A stretch of DNA of 52,774 nucleotides from a plasmid. Shown one piece after another: positions 36,071-47,052 of the stretch (within the stretch, counting starts at the first letter, position 1; each line of letters begins with the position of its first letter). The position numbers and the translations under genes were made by a program. The DNA is taken from the sequence record NZ_CP088248.1. One strand, 5' to 3'. A model generated the notes under the pieces. That model saw only the letters and a program-made list of their open reading frames with translations. It made no database searches and had not been told where the DNA came from.

Positions 36071-36087
36071 CGTGATACCGTTCATGG

Positions 36088-36471
36088 TTAGCGATCCATT
36101 AATGGCGGCCGGTAGCCCCGCACGGTAGCGAAGGGCGGCGTGGCGAGGGGAGGGGGGCCTGGAGGTGGCGGCTTGAGACCGTCCAGCTCCGGGAAGGTCT
36201 CAGGCTGAATGACCCGGATCCTGTCCGGCGGACGTTGAGGTGGCAGGGAGGGGGAGGGAGCCCGCCTGGGAGGCAGTTGCGCGGTTGGGGGATTGCTGCT
36301 GGCTGGAGGCGCCGGGGGCGGGCCTGTCTGGTATTGCCCCTGGCTTGGCGAGGGGCCCGGCTTGGGGAACCAGAGGACGTAGACGAGTCCCGCGACGACC
36401 AGTGCCGTGATGTACCACCAGCGGTTCAGGACGCTGAAGGCTTTCAGCAGGCGGCTGTGGGCTGCACTCAT
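36088..36471 (-). CDS. Membrane-anchored proline-rich protein
   Basis: One TM helix (WWYITALVVAGLVYVLWF) followed by PPAPPASSNPPTAQLPPRRAPSPSLPPQRPP. Internal ATG chosen. The longer frame runs into the IS21 terminus. Confidence 0.5.
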   Translation of the reverse strand: MSAAHSRLLKAFSVLNRWWYITALVVAGLVYVLWFPKPGPSPSQGQYQTGPPPAPPASSNPPTAQLPPRRAPSPSLPPQRPPDRIRVIQPETFPELDGLKPPPPGPPPLATPPFATVRGYRPPLMDR

Positions 36472-36598
36472 CGCGACGGTCGCCTCGCGGATGTGTAGGG
36501 CGGTGACAAAACCATCCACTGGAGCGTCGGCTTTGTGCTGATGCGGGCGGTGTAAAAGCCGGCCAGTGGAGAGGCTTCTCTTTCGAGAGGAGCCGAGG

Positions 36599-38098
36599 AT
36601 GTTCGTCGTGGAAGTCTACGCAGCCGTTCGGCAGTTCGTGTTCATCGAGGGCCAGTCCCGGCGTGAGGCGGCTCGGGTCTTCGGGTTGAGCCGAGAGACG
36701 ATCGCCAAGATGTGTCGGTTCTCGTTGCCGCCGGGCTACACACGCTCGAAGCCGGTCGAGAAGCCGAAGCTCGGGCCTCTTCTGCCAGTGATCGCGGCGA
36801 TCCTTGAGGCGGACCGGACTGCACCGCTCAAGCAACGCCATACGGCCAAGCGGATCTTCGAGCGCCTACGCGACGAGCACGGCTATGCCGGTGGCTATAC
36901 CGTGGTGAAGGACCACGTACGGATCTGCCGAGCACGGGGGCAGGAGACTTTCGTGCCGCTCGCCCACCCGCCCGGCCATGCCCAGGTCGATTTTGGCGAG
37001 GCGGTCGCCACCATCGCTGGCGTGCGCCGCAAGATCCATTTCTTCTGCATGGATCTGCCGCACTCCGACGCCTGCTTCGTGAAGGCGTATCCGCGGGAGA
37101 CCACCGAAGCTTTTCTCGACGGGCATGTCGCCGCCTTCGCCTTCTTCGGCGGCGTGCCTCTGTCGATCCTGTACGACAACACCAAAATCGCAGTGGCCAA
37201 GATCTGCGGCGACGGACAGCGTGAGCGTACGCGCGCCTTCACCGAGTTGGTGAGCCACTGCCTGTTCCGGGATCGCTTCGGCCGTCCGGGCAGGGGCAAC
37301 GACAAGGGCAAGGTCGAGGGGCTGGTCAAGTTCGCCCGGTCCCACTTCATGACCCCGGCTCCGGAGGCGGCCTCGTTCGAGGCGCTGAACGCTGACCTGG
37401 AGCGCCGCTGCCGAGCTCGGCAGAACGAGTGCGCCGGGCGGCATCCCGAGAGCATCGGAACGCGGCTCATGGCCGATCGAGTGGTTCTGCGAGCCCTGCC
37501 GGCGGTGCCGCTGGAGCCGTGCGAGAAGAGGGCCGGGCGCGTCTCGTCGACCGCGCTGGTGCGCTATCGCGGCAACGACTACTCGGTGCCGACCACCTAC
37601 GGCTTCCGGGACGTGCTGGTGAAGGGCTTCGTCGAGGAAGTCGTGATCCTGTGTGCGGGGGTCGAGATCGCCCGGCACCCGCGCAGCTACGGCAGCGGCG
37701 TTTTCGTCGCCGAACCTCTGCACTACCTCGCGCTGATCGAGACCAAGCCGAACGCCCTCGACCAAGCCGCGGCACTCCAGGGCTGGGATCTGCCCGAGGC
37801 GTTCCAGCACCTGCGCCACCTTCTGGAGGCGCGCATGGGCAACCGCGGCAAGCGCGAGTTCATCCAGGTGCTGCGCCTGATGGAGGCGATGCCGAAGGAC
37901 CTCGTGGCCTGGGCCGTCACCGAGGCGATCCGGCTCGGGGCGATTGGCTTCGATGCGGTCAAGTTGATCGCGCTGGCCCGTCTCGAACGGCGGCCGCCTC
38001 GGCTCGACTTGTCGGCCTACCCGCATCTGCCCCGGCCTGCGGTGCGCGCGACGATGGCCGCCGACTACACGGTGCTGGTGCCGGAGGTGGCGGCATGA
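36599..38098 (+). CDS. istA: IS21 family transposase IstA
   Basis: HTH (VYAAVRQFVFIEGQSRREAARVFGLSRETIAKM), DDE core. Confidence 0.9.
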   Translation: MFVVEVYAAVRQFVFIEGQSRREAARVFGLSRETIAKMCRFSLPPGYTRSKPVEKPKLGPLLPVIAAILEADRTAPLKQRHTAKRIFERLRDEHGYAGGYTVVKDHVRICRARGQETFVPLAHPPGHAQVDFGEAVATIAGVRRKIHFFCMDLPHSDACFVKAYPRETTEAFLDGHVAAFAFFGGVPLSILYDNTKIAVAKICGDGQRERTRAFTELVSHCLFRDRFGRPGRGNDKGKVEGLVKFARSHFMTPAPEAASFEALNADLERRCRARQNECAGRHPESIGTRLMADRVVLRALPAVPLEPCEKRAGRVSSTALVRYRGNDYSVPTTYGFRDVLVKGFVEEVVILCAGVEIARHPRSYGSGVFVAEPLHYLALIETKPNALDQAAALQGWDLPEAFQHLRHLLEARMGNRGKREFIQVLRLMEAMPKDLVAWAVTEAIRLGAIGFDAVKLIALARLERRPPRLDLSAYPHLPRPAVRATMAADYTVLVPEVAA

Positions 38099-38937
38099 GC
38101 GTGAGCGGCGATGAGACGACACCGGGCGTCCTGCTCGCCCATCACCTCAAGCAGTTGAAGTTGCCGACGGTCCTGCGCGAGTACGACAAGGTCGCCCGGG
38201 ACTGCGCCCGGAGCGGCCTCGACCACCCCCGCTATCTGCTGCGGCTGGTTGAGCTGGAACTGATCGACCGCGAACGGCGCATGGTCGAGCGCCGGATCCG
38301 GGCGGCACGCTTCCCGGCGGTGAAGAGCCTCGACACCTTCGACTTCGCCGCCATCCCGAGCCTGAACAAGATGCTCGTGCTGGAGCTGGCGCGCTGCGGC
38401 TACGTCCTCGGTCGGGAGAACGTCATCGCGCTCGGCAACTCCGGCACCGGCAAGACGCACATCGCCCTGGCTCTCGGACTGGCAGCCTGCCAGAAGGGCT
38501 TCTCGGTCACGTTCACCACGGCGGCCTCGCTGGTCAACCAGCTCATGGAGGCGCGTGACGAGCGCCGCCTGCTCCGGCTTCAGAGGGAGCTGGCCGCGGT
38601 GAAGTTGCTGATTGTCGATGAACTCGGCTACGTGCCGCTGTCGCCGACGGGGGCCGAGCTTTTGTTCGAGGTCCTGTCCCAGCGCTACGAGCGCGGCTCG
38701 ACGGTGGTGACCTCGAACCTTCCGTTCGAGGACTGGACCTCGGTCCTGGGCTCGGAGCGGCTGACCGGTGCGCTGCTGGATCGGCTGACCCATCACGTCA
38801 GCATCCTGAGCCTGAACGGAGACAGCTACCGCCTCAGATCCTCCCGCAGCCGGCGGGGCCGCACAGACAGGGCGGAGCAAAACCAGGCCACCCTTGATGA
38901 CCCTGATCCCGCGACGGGCGAGATCCGGCCAGCCTGA
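38095..38937 (+). CDS. istB: IS21 family helper ATPase IstB
   Basis: Walker A GNSGTGKTHIALALG, DELGYVPL. ATGA overlap with istA. Confidence 0.9.
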   Translation: MSVSGDETTPGVLLAHHLKQLKLPTVLREYDKVARDCARSGLDHPRYLLRLVELELIDRERRMVERRIRAARFPAVKSLDTFDFAAIPSLNKMLVLELARCGYVLGRENVIALGNSGTGKTHIALALGLAACQKGFSVTFTTAASLVNQLMEARDERRLLRLQRELAAVKLLIVDELGYVPLSPTGAELLFEVLSQRYERGSTVVTSNLPFEDWTSVLGSERLTGALLDRLTHHVSILSLNGDSYRLRSSRSRRGRTDRAEQNQATLDDPDPATGEIRPA

Positions 38938-39082
38938 CCTCACGATCCGCGACAAACGATGAAGAGGCCCGATCGGGCCCCTTCATCGTTCAGGCTGTCC
39001 GCAGTCCGTGGCCTGGTTTTACTCCGCCACGGCGGCCTAAAATTGGTCCGCCCTTTACAGGTTCTGGGCGACCGGTGAGCTG

Positions 39083-40936
39083 ATGCCTCTCAAAGCCGAG
39101 AACGGCACCGTGCAGGGCTTTCTCAAGATCCTGCGCGATCGCACCCAACAGCGCGTCGAAGCAGCAGAGCGTAACGCCAGCGAGCTGCGCTTCCGCTCGC
39201 TCGTCGAGGTCAGCCCTCAGGTGGTCTGGTTCGGTGATGCCGCCGGCAACATCACCTACTGCAACCCGATCTGGTACGAGTTCACGGGGCTACCGTCAGG
39301 TGACACAAACTGGGCCAGCGTGATCCACCCAGACCACCAGGAACGTGTGCTGGAGGTCTGGAGGCATGCGGTTGAGACCGAGGGACCCTACGAGGTCGAG
39401 ATCCCGTTCCGCCGAGCCAGCGATGGCCAGTACCGCTGGTTCCTGGCGCGCGGCAAACCCATAAGCGATGCTGCCGGCGTACCGGATTGCTGGATCGGCA
39501 TCGCCATCGACATCCACGACCGCAAGGAGGCTGAGATTGCCCTCCGCAGCGCGCAGGAGCAGTTGCGCCTTGCCGTCGAGGCGACCGAGACGGGCGTGTT
39601 CGACTATGACCTCGTCTCGGACGAGCTGAAGTGGGACAACCGCATCCGTTCGTTCTACGGCCTAGCGCCGGACGCTCCCGTCAACCTGGCCGTGCACCTG
39701 GCTCGCGTGCACCCGGACGACCATGCCAAGGCGGATGAAGCGGTGCGCGCCGCGATCGATCCGGCCGGCGACGGCATCTACGACATCACCTATCGCACGG
39801 TGGCCCCGGAGGACGGGACCGAGCGCTGGGTGTCTGCCAAGGGTCAGACCCTCTTTGAGGGCGGACGACCGGTGCGTCTCATCGGCACCGCGCGCGATGT
39901 CACCGGGAGCCGGCGCGCGGAGCAGGTTCTGCGCGAAACCGAGGAGCGCTACCGCCTCGCCTCGCGCGCCACCAACGATGCGATCTGGGACTGGAACCTC
40001 GCCACCAACCACGTGCTCTGGAACGAGGCGCTGCAGGTTGCCCACGGCTACGCGCCTGATGCGGTCGAGCCGACCGGTGACTGGTGGATCAGCCACATCC
40101 ATCCCGACGACCGCGCCCGCATCGATGCCTCCATCCATGCTGTTATCGATGGGACGGGTACTGTCTGGAGCGACGAGTACCGCTTCCTGCGGGCCGACGG
40201 CTCCTATGCCGACATCCTCGACCGCGGTTCCGTCATCCGCGACGCGCAGGGAAAAGCGACGCGCATGATTGGGGCGATGCTGGACATCACCGAGCGCAAG
40301 CAGGCGGAAGAGCAGCAGCGCCTGCTGACGGGTGAGCTGCAGCACCGGGTCAAGAACACGCTGGCGATGGTGCAGGCGATTGCCAGTCAGACGCTGCGAG
40401 GGGCGGCGGACATCGACGAAGCGCGTGAGGCTTTTGCCGCCCGCCTAATCTCACTCGGCCGCGCGCATGACATTCTCACGCAGGCCAGCTGGAAGGCTGC
40501 CCCGATCATGGAGGTGGTCCAGGGGGCCCTGAGTGTGCATGCCCAGGCCGGACCTGCACGGATCCGGGTTAGCGGCCCGAACGTGCTGCTCGGTGCGAAA
40601 TCAGCCCTCTCACTGGCTCTGGCTCTGCACGAGCTGGCCACCAACGCGGCCAAGTACGGCGCTCTTTCGAACGAAAGCGGGATCGTGGAGCTGCGCTGGC
40701 ACATTGTGCACGAGGGCGAAGCGCCCCGGTTCTGCCTTACCTGGTCCGAGCAGGGTGGGCCGCCCATTCTCGCCCAGCCTGCGCGGCGCGGGTTCGGCTC
40801 ACGCCTGATCGAGCGCAGCTTCGCCGCCGAGGTCGGTGGTGAGGTTAGGCAGACCTATGCACCGACCGGGCTAATCTGCCGCCTGGAGGCGCCCCTTGCC
40901 TCGATGCAGGAGCAGCGTAGCGAAATCGCAGCATAG
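39083..40936 (+). CDS. Multi-PAS HWE-family sensor histidine kinase, apparently 5'-truncated by the adjacent IS21 insertion
   Basis: Three PAS-like segments, then LLTGELQHRVKNTLAMVQAI (HisKA_2 H-box) and HELATNAAKYGALS (HWE_HK). The ORF begins with the tail of a PAS domain (GTVQGFLKILRDRT) only 24 nt from the IS21 end. Confidence 0.8.
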   Translation: MPLKAENGTVQGFLKILRDRTQQRVEAAERNASELRFRSLVEVSPQVVWFGDAAGNITYCNPIWYEFTGLPSGDTNWASVIHPDHQERVLEVWRHAVETEGPYEVEIPFRRASDGQYRWFLARGKPISDAAGVPDCWIGIAIDIHDRKEAEIALRSAQEQLRLAVEATETGVFDYDLVSDELKWDNRIRSFYGLAPDAPVNLAVHLARVHPDDHAKADEAVRAAIDPAGDGIYDITYRTVAPEDGTERWVSAKGQTLFEGGRPVRLIGTARDVTGSRRAEQVLRETEERYRLASRATNDAIWDWNLATNHVLWNEALQVAHGYAPDAVEPTGDWWISHIHPDDRARIDASIHAVIDGTGTVWSDEYRFLRADGSYADILDRGSVIRDAQGKATRMIGAMLDITERKQAEEQQRLLTGELQHRVKNTLAMVQAIASQTLRGAADIDEAREAFAARLISLGRAHDILTQASWKAAPIMEVVQGALSVHAQAGPARIRVSGPNVLLGAKSALSLALALHELATNAAKYGALSNESGIVELRWHIVHEGEAPRFCLTWSEQGGPPILAQPARRGFGSRLIERSFAAEVGGEVRQTYAPTGLICRLEAPLASMQEQRSEIAA

Positions 40937-41004
40937 CGGTAGGTTTTGGTGATTAGGCTTCAGCCAAGCTGAAACCTTTCCCGCAGCTTCCCCCTTCTGT
41001 TTGA

Positions 41005-41385
41005 ATGGAATTGCATACTGCGTCGCCTCCCGCTGTCGCCTTGGTTGCCGAGGATGAATTTATTCTACGTATGGAGGCGGCCGACACCCTGGCCGATGCC
41101 GGGTTCAAGGTCTTGGAGGTCGCCACCGCTGACGCAGCGCTGCGCTACCTCCAGGAGAAGGACGGTGTCGACTTGCTGTTCACCGATGTGAACATGCCGG
41201 GTGACCTCAATGGTTTCGACTTGGCCCGTGAAGTTGCTGCCCGCTGGCCAGAGATCCTGATTGTTGTCTGCTCGGGTGCGACCAAGCCAGGACCCGGGGA
41301 CCTACCTGCCAAAGCCCGCTTCATCGACAAACCCTACTCCTCAGGGCTGGTCGAGCAGATCCTGCGCGAGCTGCGGGCCGCATAA
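41005..41385 (+). CDS. Single-domain response regulator (CheY-like receiver)
   Basis: VALVAEDEFILRMEAADTLADAGF...LLFTDVNMPG...KPY matches the receiver consensus (DD...D...K). Confidence 0.85.
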   Translation: MELHTASPPAVALVAEDEFILRMEAADTLADAGFKVLEVATADAALRYLQEKDGVDLLFTDVNMPGDLNGFDLAREVAARWPEILIVVCSGATKPGPGDLPAKARFIDKPYSSGLVEQILRELRAA

Positions 41386-41541
41386 GGTTCCTTGAACGAA
41401 GACGTCTTCCCCACCATGCACAGGAATTTTTAACAGATCAATTTATGGACCCGCCTCCCACGCGGCACGTTCTTACGAAAACGCAGGGAGCTGCCACGCT
41501 GCCGGCGAGCCGATTAAATAGCACACGGGAGACAGGACTAC

Positions 41542-42087
41542 ATGGCCACCAAGCAGAAAACCTTGCAGGATGCGTTCTACGAAACCCTCAAGGACGTCTA
41601 TTACGCGGAAAAGCAGTCTGTCCGGGCTTTGAAGAAGTCGGCCAAGGCGGCCGAGCACGATGAGCTGCGCCAAGCCTTCGAGACCCATGCCGAGGAAAGC
41701 GCCAATCAGGTCGAGCGCCTGCAGCAGGTGTTCGAGATCATCGGTAAGCCGGCGCGTGCCAAGACCTGCGAGGCGATGCAGGGCCTGACCTCGGAAATGG
41801 AAGAAGATCTTGAGGACTTCGAGGATAGCCCGGCGGCGGACGCTGTGCTGGCGGCCTGTGCGCAGGCGGTCGAGCACTACGAGATCGCCCGCTACGGCAC
41901 GCTGAAGACCTGGGCGAGCCAGCTCGGCTACGCGGACGCCGCCAAGCTGCTGGATGAGACCCTGCAGGAAGAAAAGAAGACCGATCAGCTGCTTTCCGAG
42001 ATCGCCGAGCGGATCAACGTCGAAGGTTCAGAGACGGACGCTGAGGAAGGCACCACCAAAGGCAAGGGCGGGCGCAAGGCTACCTGA
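41542..42087 (+). CDS. Ferritin-like domain stress protein, YciE/YciF (DUF892) family
   Basis: DAFYETLKDVYYAEKQSVRALKK...EHYEIARYGTL matches DUF892. Confidence 0.75.
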   Translation: MATKQKTLQDAFYETLKDVYYAEKQSVRALKKSAKAAEHDELRQAFETHAEESANQVERLQQVFEIIGKPARAKTCEAMQGLTSEMEEDLEDFEDSPAADAVLAACAQAVEHYEIARYGTLKTWASQLGYADAAKLLDETLQEEKKTDQLLSEIAERINVEGSETDAEEGTTKGKGGRKAT

Positions 42088-42301
42088 GCCCTGAAGAATC
42101 TGAGGATGCGGAAAGGGCGCCATGGAGCGCCCTTTCTGCTGTCCGCGCCGAGCAGCATGCCGTCGGTGAGGTCAAGGAGCTCGGCGCGCATCAGTATCAG
42201 ATGGGTCTTTGGGCGTTTTCCGGCAACTCCATATGAGCATCCGGCAGCCAGCGGTTCCAAGTCAACCGGCAGGGCTCATAAGAAGTTGACAGTCACCTGC
42301 T

Positions 42302-43480
42302 TTATACAATGCTGAGGCGTGGTCTCGAAGGGTTGGCACGTATTTGGCGCAGCTGCCCTTTCCGCTTGTACATGGCCGTATCAGCCACCTCGAGGAGGCG
42401 TGCAGTCGAGGAAGCATCCTCCGCGCTGTGGGCTATCCCAACGCTTCCGCCAATTCGACGACTGCTCAGTTCAGGTAGCTGGATCTCTTCAAGAGCAACC
42501 TCCACACGCCTTGCCAGGGTAAGCAGGAACGATGGTGAGGAGCACTGTTCTACCACCACTACGAACTCGTCACCGCCGATGCGTGCGATCGCATCGACCG
42601 GACGCAACGTCTCCCGGAGGCACTGTGCGGCTGCAACCAAAAGGCGATCACCGACAGCGTGGCCTAAGCTGTCGTTGACAGCTTTGAAGTCGTTCAAATC
42701 TAGGTAGAGCAGCCCAACTTCGGAAGGCCGGCGGAGCAGTGCAGCGTCTAGCTGATCGATCAGTGCCGAGCGGTTGAGCAAGCCTGTCAGTGGGTCGTGG
42801 CTTGATGCGTGGGCTAGACGCGCGCCCTCACGCCGACCTCGCCGCGCGTCACGAAAAGCAAGCAGCAAGCAGGAGGCAACCGGTAGCAAAATCATCGGGG
42901 CCATCCAAACCCAAAACGTGGCGTCGCGTTTCGCGGCGTCGCGCTGCCACAGAGCGCTGCGATTAATCGCAGTTCTCTCGGCCTCAAGGAGGTGACCCAC
43001 ATCAGTGTGGACAGCATCCATGAGGCGCTTACCCGTATCTTGCTGCACAATTGAGAGGGCGGCTTCTAATCCATCTCGTTGTCGCGCCTCGATCGTAGAT
43101 TTCATCTCGGAAAACTTGGCGCGAACCTGCTGATCGATGCTGATTATGACCTGCTTCGCGAGATCGTTGTGGGTGTAATCTTTCTGCAGTGTGAGAAGGC
43201 TCTGATCAATCTGTGAGATCGCCTGAACATAAGGTTGCAGATATTCATCTCGACCCGTCAGAAGGTAACCGCGTTGTCCAGTTTCAGCATTTTGCACAAG
43301 CGTGAGTAGCTGCACGAGGTGTCGCGCGCGGAGATTGCTGGCGATGAGGTTATCGGTTCCAGCGCGAACGGTGTTCACGTGCTGATAGAACCCTAGCGTG
43401 GCTGCAATGCAGAGGCATGCGATTAGCGCTGCCAGGAAGACCAACTTGGTCTCAATGTAACCGGTGAGGCGATGTATCAT
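42302..43480 (-). CDS. CHASE3-GGDEF diguanylate cyclase (membrane-anchored)
   Basis: N-terminal TM plus CHASE3-like (LRARHLVQLLTLVQNAETGQRGYLLTG). C-terminal GGDEF domain with RIGGDEFVVVV. Start at internal ATG 43480. Confidence 0.85.
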   Translation of the reverse strand: MIHRLTGYIETKLVFLAALIACLCIAATLGFYQHVNTVRAGTDNLIASNLRARHLVQLLTLVQNAETGQRGYLLTGRDEYLQPYVQAISQIDQSLLTLQKDYTHNDLAKQVIISIDQQVRAKFSEMKSTIEARQRDGLEAALSIVQQDTGKRLMDAVHTDVGHLLEAERTAINRSALWQRDAAKRDATFWVWMAPMILLPVASCLLLAFRDARRGRREGARLAHASSHDPLTGLLNRSALIDQLDAALLRRPSEVGLLYLDLNDFKAVNDSLGHAVGDRLLVAAAQCLRETLRPVDAIARIGGDEFVVVVEQCSSPSFLLTLARRVEVALEEIQLPELSSRRIGGSVGIAHSAEDASSTARLLEVADTAMYKRKGQLRQIRANPSRPRLSIV

Positions 43481-44033
43481 GAGTCGTATGCCCGCTATCG
43501 CGCGGTCATACCTTGTGCGCCTAAAATGTTGCCTTACAGCATCGAGCTGTAGAGAGGGTCGTGGACTTTCTATCGCGTATGGAGAACTGCGAATTAACAG
43601 GCTCAGCCGGTCGCGGTTCAACTTAGAGTGATAATGCTGCGGCGATTGCTTCCTTTTTCTACCGTTGTTAGATGGGAAGCTTCAAACAGGTGTTTCCGGA
43701 GAAGGCCACAAAGCCTTTTCATCAAAGCTCCATGGTGCAACAGGGATACTTTCCACGAGCAGGCGGATCATCTCGGATCGACTCTCCAGCATAAGAGCTG
43801 GGGGCTCACCTACGATGGCGCACCAAGCCAAGGTAAAATCCGCGTGCGAAATGTGAGCGAGTGTGTCCGAACCTAACGGCTCCATATGCTGTGGCATGTC
43901 CCGTCTCCCGATTGGCGTAGAGATAGTGAACCGATCGGGGGTTTGGTTCGATAACCTATTGGTAAGGTAAACAGAAGCTTAATCGAACGACCTCCCGAGC
44001 GCGCCAGGGCGCCCGGGCAGGCTGGTTCTCAGA

Positions 44034-45719
44034 TCAGGCCGCGCGGACCGTCGTCAGAAACCGGTTCACTTCGGTTGAGAGGTGCTCAGACTGTCGCGAC
44101 AATTCGGAGGCTGCGCCAAGCACTTGGCTCGCCGCTGCACCTGTCTCCTCGGAAGCCTGAGCTACGCCAGCGATGTTAGCTGTGACCTCGCCCGTGCCGG
44201 TTGCCGCCTGGGCCACGTTGCGCACGATCTCCTGCGTGGCTGCGCCCTGCTCCTCCACCGCCGCTGCGATGCTGGTCGCAACCCCGCTGATTTCCTTGAT
44301 GCGTTCGGCGATGCCAGCAATGGCTGCTACGGCCTGACCGGTCGACCCTTGGATCCGCGCAATGTGACCGGAAATTTCGTCGGTGGCTTTAGCGGTCTGG
44401 CTGGCAAGCTCCTTTACCTCGGTTGCAACGACTGCGAAGCCACGGCCAGCTTCGCCAGCACGGGCTGCCTCGATCGTAGCGTTCAGGGCGAGCAGGTTAG
44501 TCTGACCGGCGATTGTCGAGATCATTGTCACCACGTCGCCGATCTGGGCCACGGCACCGCTCAGTTCTTGTACGAGAGCTGCGCTGTGATCAGCCTCGCT
44601 TACCGCGACCTGCGCAAGGCTGGCCGACCCGTCAACTTGCCGGCCGATTTCATGCACCGATGAGCTAAGCTCCTCGGCGGCCGCTGCCACTGTGCTGACA
44701 TTGCTTGCTGCTTCCTCGGCCGCGGTCGCGACAGTGATGGACTGGTTGGCGGTCTCGGTTGCGGTGCCAGCCATGCTCTGAGCAGTCGCCTGCAACTCGG
44801 TCGCGGCCGCAGTGACTGTCCCGATGATGCCGCCTACGGCACGCTCGAAATCATCAGCCATCTGGCGCATCCCAAGCTTGCGCTGCTCCTCGGCTGCGAG
44901 CCGGGCCTGGGCTGTTTCCTGCTCCAGCTCACGGGTGCGGATCAGGTTGTCCTTGAACACCTGAACGGCCGCAGCCATCGCACCGATTTCATCCTGCCTG
45001 TCGGTGCTCGGCACGGTCGTTGCCGCGTCACCGGCAGCAAGTCTGCCCATGGCAGCCGTCATACGCTCGATTGGACGTGCGACTCCAAACAGGCTGAACA
45101 GGATGGCACAAAGACCGATCACCAATGAGATCGCTGTCATCACGTAGGCTGTGAGGATGGCCTCTGCCGCACTCTCAGCAGCGGCAGTTCCGCTTGCATT
45201 TGCCCCACGCTTATTGAGCTCAACGCCTTTTGTGAGGGCTTGCATGGCAGCTCGGTTGAGGCTTCCCATTTCCTCGCTGGTAAGCAGGGCAAGCGCTTCC
45301 GCCTTGTTCCCCTGCTTCATGAGCGTGCGAACATGTTCCTCCTGCTCGATATAGCGAAGCCAGGTCGAAGAAAAAGCATCATAGAGCGCCTTCTCCTCGG
45401 CCGAGCTGATCAGCGGCTCATAGCGGCGCTTCAACGCCTCGAGGTTGTGATTAGCCTCAATTAAACCGGCTTCATTCTTGGAAAATCCTTCCACCGTGTT
45501 GGACGCGACAACGAAGCGGTAGAGCTTAACTCTTACATCGCGCGTTGAGGTATTTATCTCGTTGATTATGCTTACTGAAGGGAGCCAATTTTTTGTTACG
45601 GCTGATGAGCTTTGCTCTACAGATGTGATTTTGCTGATGCTGGCTGCACCTTGGCCGACGGCGGCCAGGGCCAGAAGGCCAATGGAGCCAATTAGAACTG
45701 TTTTGAGGGTCAGACGCAT
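44034..45719 (-). CDS. Methyl-accepting chemotaxis protein
   Basis: TM1, periplasmic 4HB-like region, TM2, HAMP, and an MA domain with [31 protein letters not shown]. Confidence 0.9.
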   Translation of the reverse strand: MRLTLKTVLIGSIGLLALAAVGQGAASISKITSVEQSSSAVTKNWLPSVSIINEINTSTRDVRVKLYRFVVASNTVEGFSKNEAGLIEANHNLEALKRRYEPLISSAEEKALYDAFSSTWLRYIEQEEHVRTLMKQGNKAEALALLTSEEMGSLNRAAMQALTKGVELNKRGANASGTAAAESAAEAILTAYVMTAISLVIGLCAILFSLFGVARPIERMTAAMGRLAAGDAATTVPSTDRQDEIGAMAAAVQVFKDNLIRTRELEQETAQARLAAEEQRKLGMRQMADDFERAVGGIIGTVTAAATELQATAQSMAGTATETANQSITVATAAEEAASNVSTVAAAAEELSSSVHEIGRQVDGSASLAQVAVSEADHSAALVQELSGAVAQIGDVVTMISTIAGQTNLLALNATIEAARAGEAGRGFAVVATEVKELASQTAKATDEISGHIARIQGSTGQAVAAIAGIAERIKEISGVATSIAAAVEEQGAATQEIVRNVAQAATGTGEVTANIAGVAQASEETGAAASQVLGAASELSRQSEHLSTEVNRFLTTVRAA

Positions 45720-46350
45720 TGTCGGCTTCCGTACAAAATCTCCTGCTCGCAAAAACGTGATCGAGGCCTAACTAATGGTTAATGGTGTAAGCCATGCGGT
45801 TGTGGCGGCATCGATTTTGTCGCAGGCATCCGAACTCATGCGCGGGCACCGTACTCTCATTGGGCAATGCCCATGGCTGGCGCCGGCGTGCACCGAGTAC
45901 CAGGATGTGTCGGCGGTGCAGTCAGGACTACGTTACCGTCCCGAAGTTCAATCTTGGGTTTAATTCTTGATGCGCGGCATGCACGCTATGCCCGCGATCG
46001 TGTCTACAGGAACCTGCCCTTCGTCACAGTGCTTCGCAGGGGATAGCACCTCGATCAACATAAGTACGATGCACACACCAATGGCTGCCATGATCAGCTT
46101 GGCTCCCAGACCCACGTCATCCTCTTTCTGAGCCGCGTCGGACCATGCGCTTGTCCGGAAGCGAAGTTAGAGCGTGAGCGGTTGAAGGCACCCCCGGGCT
46201 GAGCACCCCTTATCTGTCGCCCACGCGAGCTATCATCCCGCGTCACCCGCTAGCGGAGCAGCCCGGCGCGCGGATGCTTGAGACGCTGATCGCTTTGGCG
46301 TTAGCGGGTCTTGGCGGGGACCTTGACAGGCGGAGTGCCCGCAACTTCGC

Positions 46351-46935
46351 TCACTGAAGCGGTACGCGAGCGCGAACGCGGATCCCGTCCGGTTCGAAGG
46401 CAACCTCGACCTCAGCCTTTGTCTGTGCGGCCAGGACCTTGTTCAGGAGGCGGTGTCCGAACCCCTCCCGGGTAGGATGCCCGACCGGAGGGCCGTCATG
46501 CTCGTCCCAGTTCCATCGCAGGCACTGTCCGCTGGAGCCGTCCTCAATCCACCAAGTGACCTCGACCCGACCTTTAGGATCGGCGAGAGCGCCGTGTTGC
46601 AGGGCGTTGGTCGTCAACTCGTGCAGAGCCATGCTTACCGGCACGGCAAGGTTGGACGGCAGCATGACCCTGGGACCTTCCAAGGTAATCCGCCCATGAT
46701 CGTTGTACGGATCGAGTTCCGACCGCAGCAATCCCTCAAACGAAGCCGCTTGTGAGAGATCCTCCGTGATCAGCGCGTGAGTCCGCGCCAGCGAGCTGAT
46801 CCGAGCGGTCAATGCACGAGTGAACTCTGAGATCGAGAGGGAAGAGCGAACGGTGGCGTTCATCACCGCCTGCACGGTCGCGAGCGTATTTTTGACGCGA
46901 TGGTGCAACTCGCGCACCATGAGCTTCTGGCGCTC
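46351..46935 (-). pseudogene. C-terminal (HisKA_2 + HWE_HK) fragment of a PAS-HWE histidine kinase gene split by IS21 copy 3
   Basis: ...ERQKLMVRELHHRVKNTLATV...HELTTNALQHGAL. The reading frame runs without a stop to the IS end at 46935. Confidence 0.8.
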
Positions 46936-47052
46936 TGTCAGCGGGCGTTGAATACTCCCTGATTGTGGGCATCGAAAATTCCCTGGTCGGTGCCCTGGCC
47001 CGTAGGGTCGCGACGCCCCGCGCCCTCTCGGGCTTTTCCATCCTCAGCCACC

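Larger units (their letters stand above)
36494..39059. mobile_element. IS21-family insertion sequence, copy 2 (different lineage from copy 1). No target-site duplication detectable.
   Basis: Ends TGTAGGGCGGTGAC... / ...GGTCCGCCCTTTACA (inverted). Repeated subterminal sites GGCGGTGACAAAACCATCCACTGG and GGCGGTGTAAAAGCCGGCCAGTGG on the left, and CCGTGGCCTGGTTTTACTCCGCC (inverted) on the right. Confidence 0.75.

Noticed and set aside
45961-46085. 41-aa minus-strand hydrophobic peptide (MAAIGVCIVLMLIEVLSPAKHCDEGQVPVDTIAGIACMPRIKN). Similarly a 38-aa peptide at 11766..11882.
   Set aside because: Plausible small membrane peptides, but there is no RBS or conservation evidence available. Too short to support as features.
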